Shown here one piece after another: positions 53,386-64,000 of a stretch of 64,000 bases of DNA. A program made the translations under genes and the position numbers. Location of the stretch: NCBI RefSeq assembly GCF_009914755.1, contig NC_060931.1; one strand, 5' to 3'. Under the pieces are notes generated by a model. That model was not told where the DNA came from, searched no databases, and saw only the letters and a program-made list of their open reading frames with translations. Source of the DNA: the human T2T-CHM13v2.0 reference genome, Homo sapiens. The number at the start of each line of letters is the position of its first letter. The stretch's first letter is position 1.

Positions 53386-53721
53386 CAGCAATCTCCAACC
53401 TTTTTGGCACCAGGGATTGGTTTTATGGAAGACAATTTTCCCATGGACAGAGGGCAGAGGGATAGTTTTTGGATGAAACTGTTCCACCTCAGATCATTAG
53501 GCATTAGATTCTCATATGAGGCCGGCAACCTAGATCCCTGCATGCGCAGCTCACAATAGGGTTCGAGCTCCTATGAGAATCTCACACTGCTGCTGGTCTG
53601 GCAGGAGGCGGAGCTCAGGCAGCAATGCTCGCTTGCCTGCCACTCACCACCTGCTGTGCAGCCCAGTTCCTGACAGGTCACAGACCAGTACTGGTCTGAA
53701 GCCCTGGGGTGGGGACCCCTG
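53386..53721 (+). mobile_element. MER1B (hAT-Charlie MITE)
   Basis: ccaacctttttggcaccaggga...ggaagacaattttcccatggac ... ggggacccctg; 8-nt TSD ct(a/c)tagat. Confidence 0.88.
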
Positions 53722-53868
53722 CTCTAGATAAAACACACTTGGATAAAGTAATAGAGGTGTATACATATTTTTAACTGTTTCATTTGTGAGACAATCATAG
53801 TGATACTTTGTTTTCGCAACTCAAAACTGTACCATGCTTAAGAACTAGGAAGCTGCTTGTTCACTTAC

Positions 53869-53961
53869 CAGGGAAGATACCAGTGCTGAACTGGATACAC
53901 TGGAAACTTTATCCACAATGGCCTGCTTCATGTATCTTTCAATGGCTTGCAACATTGTTCC
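53869..53961 (-). CDS. COPG2: COPG2 coding exon (inferred exon 7), 93 nt
   Basis: tattag|GGAACA...TCCCTG|gtaagt; [31 protein letters not shown]. Confidence 0.96.
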
Positions 53962-55050
53962 CTAATAACATTCAAAAAGAAAAAATTGTTAAGGAAAAAC
54001 ATGTTTATGCAAAATTACTCTTATGCTTCAAAATAATTTTCAAAAACCAATCTTATATTTGTTTCTGTGCAAATATTCAGAATGCACTAAAAGGATGATA
54101 ATATAGTAATAATATCCCAAAGGGCAGAACCCAAACAACGAAGTTGAAGCTTTAAGAAAGAACATTTAAGATTATATATAAAGAAGAATAACTGTTCAAC
54201 AATGAAATAAACTGTCTCAAAATGGAGAATCTCAGTTTGGAAGAAATACACAAGCAGAGGCTGAACCCATCAGGAAAGTCATAAAGAAATTCCTATATGG
54301 AGATGGAGCCTGCTTTTGAAGTTATGAAGATTCCTCTATGTGAAGGGCACATATTATATACAGATCCCAGAGAGTCCTAGAAATCAAACGTAATCCCTGA
54401 TTATCTGAGATACATAAAGAATTAAATGTGTAGTGTACTACTATAGTGAGCCCTCAACATAAAATCCTCTGGAAATACAGTTCTTTTTAACTTTAACTGG
54501 GAAAAAGCACTGGGAAGGTGGTGGCAGATAAAGATGAGTAAAAAGACTGAGAGCAATATTCAGATGAAAAAAAGAGTTTTATTGCTAGCACTAGCATGGT
54601 CAAGTCTCACGCTGCTACCAATGTAATGCAAAAAATAAAAAACAATCACAACAGAACAACAGTGCACCAAAAAATATTAAAGCATTTCTATTACTCCTTC
54701 TAGAATCCAGATTTATCAGATGTATAATTTGGTCCTGCTCAACCTTTACAACTTAAGAAGGTTACAAACATACACCTAAAATATACCCAAGCATGGGTAT
54801 ATAGCTATTATTCAATTTGCTTGGTAATGCCTGGCCTACCCTTCCTACTCAGAGTTCCCAGAAAGAGACAGCCTAACATACTACATGATCTCATCCCTCC
54901 AGATATAATGAACTGGATCAATGTTAAACACCTGACTCAGACACAGGTGGATATAAGCTACTGGCCTATTGCTGACTAATCAGATTCTCTCTCTTAAATG
55001 TTTCAATAAGAGGGCCTGTGTCTAGTACATGATGGATCACCACAGTGAAT

Positions 55051-55108
55051 AGCCTGGCCAACATGGTGAAACCCTGTTTCTACTAAAAATACAAAAATTA
55101 GCTGGGCA
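55051..55108 (+). mobile_element. Alu internal fragment
   Basis: agcctggccaacatggtgaaaccc...aattagctgggcat. Confidence 0.8.
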
Positions 55109-56751
55109 TCGGCCTGGTTTTAGAAAATATTTCATAGGGAAGTTGAAGATCTGGAAATTTATTCCTTTAAAACTCTCCTCAGACAGATTTGAGGATATTG
55201 CCTGGGTATTCCTTGCAGTCTTACCATACCCTAGGAAAATCTTCATTTACCCCACTTGGAAGACTTCTTAATATAGGCATATCCAAACTCCAATGTCCCT
55301 GACTATCCATTATTTTGAGACACCAAAGCAAATGTCCTAGGAAGTAAGGAGGAAGACTTGTTGTTCTTGGAATAGAAGTGAGTTATGAGAGAAGTCAAAA
55401 AGGATGGCTCCAAGTTGGTGTAGCATGAAGGTCATGGATACGGTCCTTGGCTTTGCAGTTCTAGAAGTGGATTTTGTCAGTTCACACAAAGGTATTCATG
55501 TTTTGTCACATTAAATCAAACTCATAGGAAGTTATGTACATAACAGAATGCCAGTGCATTCTTTTATACTTATAGCCACCAAGTGAACTGGATTATCGCT
55601 CCTGTTGGGGAAATCTTATCTGGGAAGATCAATTATAATCAGAAAGTTACATGAGGAGTGTGGATCTTGAGCATGGCTATTGTCAATGAGCTGATGAGCA
55701 GGTGCTCAGTGCCTGGCATATAACAGGAGCTCAGTAATTATGGAATGAATGCACTTCATCTATGTCTTCGTTATAGATGCTAAAGGGGAAGTTTAAGATT
55801 CTGATAGGCCACCCCAACATGTTTTTTGATCAGGTAGATCTTTCCTTTTTCCTCAAGTTATACTCTTAAATGGCTATATCATGTAGATATTAAATCCAAT
55901 AAAATTTCATGTCAGGGAATTATATAATTGCAACAGCTAAGTTTTATCTATCATCTCTGAGCCTAGAAGTTAGGACTGTTTATTTATAAAAGAGATTGGA
56001 GATTGCTTTCTTGTGCCCTGTAGGAGTAGTGATGGTGGTAGCGGCTGAATGATCTGTATTTCACAATACTGTTTGGTGGCCAAGAGTGTACTGCATACAA
56101 AGAATGACACTGGGTGACCTTCAGTGCTGGCGCTTTCCTAGAGGTGGGACACCCTGACTAGGGAAGTGCTGAGCCACCTGTGGGCCAGCCAGTGGTTGTG
56201 GACTGTACTGTGGTGAGGAGGAACAATAAATTTCCCCCACTCCTTAGATCCCCCTTAGGACATAATACTTGATATTGCTTTTAAGGATAGACAAAAAGAC
56301 AAGCCTTTTCAAATTTTAAAATCATTAGGGATGAGTTGCCAAAAAATTTGGATAAGTTTTATCTGGAAGCCAGAAGACATTGTCTCCTCAAGGCTTTTTC
56401 TGGCTCTAGGATAAGCTATTGAGATAGAGGAAAAGATGCCAGGCTGAGAAGTTTCATTTAGTATTTTAACAATAATAAAAAAGACATACAAAATCCAAAC
56501 ACTTCTTTTTACAATTCAGATATATATTTTTTTCCAAGTGCAAAATACTCTATGAACTGCATCATTTGCTGTTTATTGTTGATTGTGTAGGAGATGCTTA
56601 CTATATTGGCAGCAGTGGAAGGCAGATATAAATACAGTATTTTGAGATTTCTTCTGCATTTTAACAAAAAGCCTCCCACATGGCGATGATTATTCTGAAA
56701 CTTGAGTTCAGCTCACACAGAAGAATAAAGTTTTCAGTTTGTTCAAACTGC

Positions 56752-56935
<184 letters not shown>

Positions 56936-57314
56936 TCTGCTGTTGAATTCTTAAAGCTGCCCAATTTCTTGCCCTGGTGTCTACCTATAAGCTTCACCTC
57001 AAATTCTGAGATTTGTGTCCTATAATAAAGCTTTTTAAGATAAATTTGAATGGGTTTTTGTTTCCTGCAAGCAATGTACCCTCACTACAACAGTTCAAGG
57101 GGGCAAATAAAGAGAGAAAATGGACTAACATAAATAAAGGAAAAAAATCTGAAGACAAAAGAAAGCCTGGAGCCACAAAAGCCTTTCTGGTGATCATGTT
57201 TCTCTTATACTGAAAATTCACAAAGTCAGACTAGGAAATCCTACTAAATCTACATGGCCACCTGCAGATAAACATAGTGTTCCATTTGGTAACTCAGTGA
57301 AACAGATAACTTAC

Positions 57315-57390
57315 ATCGGTGATCCTGCAGAGAGCTCTGATGGCCGGGCCTCGGTATACATCTTCTTTTCCAGTCATGTCTTTAGTCAGA
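57315..57390 (-). CDS. COPG2: COPG2 coding exon (inferred exon 6), 76 nt
   Basis: tcttag|TCTGAC...ACCGAT|gtaagt; encodes (S)[25 protein letters not shown]; phase 2 to 0. Confidence 0.96.
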
Positions 57391-58109
57391 CTAAGAAAAA
57401 TCAAATTGGTTAACATAAGATCAATTAAAATCTCTCCCATGGAGTTCACCCCTAGCCAATTTCCAATTGTCCCATAATTATCTTAATGCAGCTACTAATT
57501 CAACAAATATTTATGGAGCATATTCTTTGTATATGTGCTAAGACTACTGCGTAGAAGACTGTTCTAATTCAAGAATAAAGCAATGAGCAAAATTAGTAAA
57601 AAGCAAAAAGTCCTTTGCCTTCATGGAACTTATCATTCTGGGAGGAAGAAAGATAATCACGTAAACAAAACAACCCCTTCCCCATAATTTTAGATACTGA
57701 TAATTAGCATAAAAGATAAACTAAGGACAATGGTATAAAGCGTCCTAGTCTGACATACCCCCAAATCCTAAAATCCCATCAGACTAGACATAACTTTTAA
57801 AAATAAATTAACAAAAATAATTAACTCAAGAGGTATCTCTCTTTGGCATGGCTTTCTAAAATTATCAATGGCTTCAGACCTTTCTGCTGAGCTTCAAAAA
57901 CAGGCAGAGGTGTGAACTAGCTACAAAATTCCATGTCCATGCTTTAAAGAGGTTTTTAACCTTTTACCCTCCCTTCTTTAGCTCCCCATGCATTTATACT
58001 ACTGCTATCAATCTCTCCACTTCCTCAACTCCTCTCACATAATCCAAAATGGTCTACAACTCTGACTCCCTCCATTAGGAAACCAAGAGGAAGAAGTTTT
58101 GACTGATAG

Positions 58110-58581
<472 letters not shown>

Positions 58582-59462
58582 CTACTGCCAGCAATGGGGA
58601 GCCCTGAACAATACACTCGTTCAGTAATTTAAGTGCCAAGGACTATGAATTTTCCTCTGACCATAGCTTTAGTTGAACTCATAGGTTTTCATCATTAGAT
58701 TTTAAAAATATTCTGTAATTTCAATTTTTACTTATATACTGTCCCAAAAGTTGAGGTTTTCTTTTTATTTTTCCATTTTGACATATCTGGGTACTATCTG
58801 TTCATTTTCTTCTCAAAATAAATGTATCATTTGATTGCATTGTAATGACAGAATAAGTCTCTACTATATTTCCACATTCTAGAATTAACAGGTTTTCAGG
58901 GGCTGAATGCTGAATAATTTGTAAGTGTTCCATGAATACTTATAAAGGTGACTTTTCTATTATAAAGGTAAGGTTTTCATAAGTATTAATCAATCTGTAT
59001 CAAGTATATTATTCATATCTTTTTTACCCTTAGGTTTTTCCTTCTTTTTAAAACAAAGGCTGATACTATTTTGTTTCTATTTACATTTTTTGTGATTTTT
59101 GGCTTATGTACTTTGGTGTTACATTAATAAATAATTCATGACAGTTCCTCCTCATTTTGGATAAAGTACCTCATTCTTGTCTCCTTCAAAACTTTTTGCA
59201 TTTAATTCAATTTTCTAATTATTAATACCTTCACCCAAGCTTCCTTTCAGTAGTGTTTGCCTTATATGCTTTCACCCCTCCTTTTATATTCAAATTTTGC
59301 TTTGCCTTGTTTTATATACATCACAATATGTAGCATATAGTTAGCTGTATTTTATTTTTAAACTAATCTGTATTTCTTTTAATAGGCAATGTCTGGTGTT
59401 AATTCTATGAATTTGTTTTGTGTTACATCTCTATTTTTAGTACTTTCTTTGTTTCCTATAAG

Positions 59463-59666
59463 GCAGTGTTATCCAACAGAACTTTTTTCAATGATGGAAA
59501 ATGTTCCATCATTCAGCATAGTAGCCACAAGCTAAATGTGTCTAATGAGCACTTGAAATATAGCTAGTGTGACTAATGAACTGAATTTTCAATTTTACAA
59601 AAGTTCAATTAATGTTCACTATAATAGCCATATGTATCTAATGGCTATCTTATTGGACAATACAGA
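59463..59666. mobile_element. MER3-like MITE within old antisense L1
   Basis: tccaacagaactttt...aatgatggaaaatgttc ... tattggacaa. Confidence 0.7.
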
Positions 59667-60759
59667 TGTAAGAGTGTCTTTTGTTTTCCTAAGTGAATGT
59701 GTTTTCTCTCTGAAATATGGGAGATTTACATTCTAGTTCTTTTTGTCGCTGCCATAAAACTTTAGATAAAAGAGTTAAGCTATGAAAGCAAAAAAATTAA
59801 TGTACGTAAGCTTTCTCCTCTCTCATCTGCCCTCCCGTGTATCTCCAAATTTTTGTTAGTATTATTCTTTTTGTATTATCATGGATTATAACATTTACAT
59901 TCTATCTTTAATCATAATTTCTACAGTAGTTTAACCCTACTTCTATAATTGAATACATTCAATGCTCACTGGTAATTCATTTCCTGTAGCCCCTCTATTA
60001 CAGAATTCACTCTTTTGATTTAATATAACTTCAATGCTTAATTTTATTTTTCAAGAAAAGCTCACAGGTGTTATGGTCCCTGAATTCTTTCCAGTGTGGA
60101 AGTCTGCTTGTTGTCCCTGTACTTGAATGACAATTCGCTTAGCTGTATTATTCTTGTATCACATGTTCTGTTTCTTAAAACTTTGCAGATACTGTCCCCA
60201 TTCTTTTCTGACACTGAAAACTGCCATGAATGGCTGAAGTCGGACTTAGTTTTTCTCACTTTTAAATGACTAGCTTTTTCTGCCAGAAGTCTTAAAAATT
60301 ACTTGTTTCTCTCCACAGTACAAGTTAACCAAGATGCATGTTGGTGTCAGTCATTCTGTTACAATTTTTATTGGAATACAGTATGCTATTTTAATATGTA
60401 GATTTATTTTAATACGTAGCTATGTTTTTAAAAGTTCTCTTTTTTAATGTTTTATCTATAAATAGGGTTACTACTTCAGCAATGTCAAAAGTTTTGCCCT
60501 CTCATCTCTATTAAATTGCTTAAATTTTTTTCTTTTAGTTCAGCATTTCAATGAGTGTCTGTTAAGTGTCAGACACTGTTCCAGACACTTAGGATACTTT
60601 AGCAAGCAAAAGACACAAAGACTCCTGCCCTCAACAAGCATACATTCTGACAGGGAACAATCTAGTAAATATTTCAGGCTTTGCAGGCTATATGACTACC
60701 CCATAACCACTTGATTTGGTTGCTGTAACATAAAAACAGCCATACACAATACATACACA

Positions 60760-61707
60760 ACCCTCTGGCCCATAGAGTGGAGCTGGGTGCCACAGGGACT
60801 ATTCCCAACCCTTGAAACCTAAAAGTTTACCTGATTAAATTTAAAAATTGTCTGGTGCTAGTGACTCTTTTCTTTCCTCTCATTGTCTCCCTTTCTGAAT
60901 GGGAATGTATATAATTGTTATTCTATGCCTGTCCCACCGCAGTATTTTAGCAGCACATAACTTGTTTGCTAGTTTCACAGGTCCATAGATAAAGAGGAAT
61001 TCTGTCTTGGGATGAATCATACCCAGAAACTCACCTATACTGGAGTTAGATGATTAGATTATGAGATTTGGGACTTTTGAGTTATAATATTTAACGAGAT
61101 TTTAGACCTGAGTTAATGCAATGGGTTTAGATTTTGGAAGATTTTTACAATATGGTGAATGTGTTTTGCATGTAGGATGGATGTAAATCTTTAGGGACCA
61201 GACAGAAGCCTGTGGTAAGCTAAACAACAGCCCCCAAAGACATCAAAGTCCTACTCCCTAGATCCTTAAATGCACTTTATATGGCAAAAGGTACTTTGCA
61301 GATGTGATTAAGTTAAAGACACTGAGATGGGGAAATTATATTGAATTATTTGGGTGAGTCCTAAATGTAATCACAAGTGTCCCCATAAGAGCAAGGCAGA
61401 GGGAGATTTGACACAGGAAGCATATGTGACAACGAATCAAGAGACTGGAATGATGGGAAAGGGGAGCTAGGATTCGAGGAATGCAAGTAGCCTCCAGAAG
61501 CTAGAAAAGGCAAGAAAACAGATTTTGCCCTAGAGCCTGCAGAAGGAACCTGCTCTGCCTATACTTCTGACATCAAACCGGTGAAACTGATTTTAGACTT
61601 CTAGCCTCCAGAACTGTAAAAGAATTTGTGTTGTTTTAAGCCACCAGATTTTTTAAGTTACTAAGTTTGTGGTAACTTGTTCCAGCAGCACTGGGAAATC
61701 AATGCAC
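60760..61707 (+). mobile_element. MaLR internal fragment plus MLT1 LTR (~61211-61707), nested in a MER58-like element
   Basis: tttgcagatgtgattaagttaa; cagaactgtaaaagaat...ttttaagccacc; MER58 motifs at 60650-60750 and 61720-62360. Confidence 0.7.
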
Positions 61708-61859
61708 AGGAATGGCACATTTATTCTGTAAATATTTTAGACTTTACAGGTTATATGATCTCCTCACAACTACTCAATTCTGTAGCTGCAGCACAAAGGC
61801 AGTTATACACAATACATTAAGAAATAGTGTGGCTGTGTTCCAACAAAACTTTATTTACA

Positions 61860-62312
<453 letters not shown>

Positions 62313-62365
62313 TTATTTACATGGTTTTGGCCATGTACCATAGCTTGTCAACCCATGTTCTATAC

Positions 62366-63740
62366 CTCTGTCATAGCTTTGGCTGTCCTGACAGCAAAGG
62401 CTTGCATAAAGGTAGTTTATTTAGGAAGGTGTTCAGACGGTGAAGTGAATGACAGGGAAATGAACAGGGAAGGAGGTAAAAACAATATAAAGACCTTTCC
62501 TTGAGTGGGTCACTGATGCTGGCCACTGGTTATTTAATGAGCAATCTTCCGAGGAGCCTTATGAAATACATCTCAGAACCACTAACTGTTAGCCCCTGGC
62601 TGAACGTTAACCCCAGAGTATTAATTCCCCCATACTTCTGGGGAGTATACACGTGAGCTGCAAGTGAATCTGAGTAGGCAAAAAACACTCAGTGCATACC
62701 TGAAGTAAGGCAGTAACAATGCCAGTGAGCTGAGCCCCAAAAGACTTGCTCATGATGCCACAGCTGGAATCACAGATAAGGCCTGAGACCATGTGAAGTG
62801 GCTCAAAAGAGGTGTCCAATACAGTCTACCCTTTCCATCCCTCAAATTTGTTCATGTCCTCCATTAAGTCTAATCTATCATGGAGGCTTCAAGATGGTAG
62901 CAATCACTATTTCTACAAAAGACTAAATAAAGGAAGGTGAGTGGAACATAGTTCAATCCTTGCTGCTACAACTAATTCCAAGGCCATAATTGATATTCAT
63001 CATCTCCTTCCTAAAACCACCCATTCTACATTTCCTTCCCCACTGGCCAGCACTTTACCTGGTTTTGGCTACTTCTCCAATAGTTGACTCAAACCTTTAT
63101 CCCAAAGGATGTAAGCCCTGTGTTGGGTGCACCCTGATTGAACCACTGATTGTTCTCTACCCCTACCACCACTGTCAGAGGCAAGAAAGCACCAAAATAT
63201 ACTCAAGGGAATACCATGAATTCTAGACAGAGTCCTTTCTGCCACCATTATACAGAAATGATCCTAGCTCCTGACAGGAATCAAGGTCAATGACCTCTAT
63301 GAGTACGGTAGCACTTTCCTTACCTTCACTAGAATGAAGAATCCAAAGTGACCTAACAGTGATCATCATTCCAAATATGCAAACTGGCTCAGTTTGTGGC
63401 CCTGACTTCTCTGACATGGGAGTGTCAGCTGCCTGTGGTTGCCAACGTGTCACTCAGAAATATATAATCCTGAAGTGTGGGGTATTTCTGTGCTAAAGAT
63501 AATCCTCAACCAACAGGAATCAAGGGCCAATGAGTTAAATGCTTCTGTCTTTTCACACCTGAAAAACACTGGCCCCAGGAACCAGGGTCTCTAATTCACA
63601 TTTGGGGTACAGATGGGATGCTGTCTTAGTCTATTCCATGGGTCTAATTCTGTACTTTCCATTTGTATCAGATTGTATCTGAAAAACATAGATCAGTCTG
63701 ACCAAGGTGACCACATTATAGAGTCACCACACAATTTTAT
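62366..63740. mobile_element. Old MaLR/ERVL-like LTR and internal remnants
   Basis: ggtagtttatttaggaagg LTR-like motif and degenerate internal-like sequence; family not resolved. Confidence 0.4.
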
Positions 63741-64000
63741 TCCACGGTCTGTTAGTCTGTTCATGTGCCAGTACCATGCTGTTTTAATTGTACACGCCTT
63801 AGATTTACTGACTAGTAGAGCTAGCTTCCTCTCCCCTCTACCCAATCCCTCATGGTTTTCCTTTTTCAGTGACTTCCCAGCTATTCTTACATTATATTTT
63901 CCACGTGAACTTTAGTACCAACCTGCCTAACTCCTGTTGGTATTTTCATTGGGATTCCATTGAATTTATAAATTAGTTTAGGGAGGAATAAAATTTTTAT

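Noticed and set aside
54781-54802. Perfect 9-bp hairpin atataccca-agca-tgggtatat
   Set aside because: Too short for a pre-miRNA and plausible by chance in 64 kb

Overview
Human (AluYb8 and SVA present) intronic window of COPG2 (coatomer subunit gamma-2), transcribed on the - strand. Seven coding exons with canonical GT-AG ends splice into one open frame; numbering 6-12 is inferred from the COPG exon-size pattern 76/93/87/158/134/68/189. A 47,188-nt intron (4091-51278) is almost entirely nested retroelements: a full-length inactive L1PA2 with an AluYb8 in its 5'UTR, L1PB and older L1s, an SVA_D-like element, an ERV1-derived insert, a 5S rRNA retrocopy, LTRs and Alus. Main observations: (1) the L1PA2 antisense ORF0 points along COPG2 and, without the Alu, would splice in frame to exon 10; the AluYb8 turns it into an ORF0-Alu chimera. 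(2) The ERV1 insert has the anatomy of an L1-mobilised processed retrocopy. (3) Two neighbouring L1s of different age share a 340-nt identical tract, suggesting gene conversion. (4) A tandem duplication of the exon 11 acceptor creates a frame-preserving cryptic micro-exon. All functional consequences are inferences. Repeat subfamily names come from recalled diagnostic motifs, and boundaries of old repeats are approximate.
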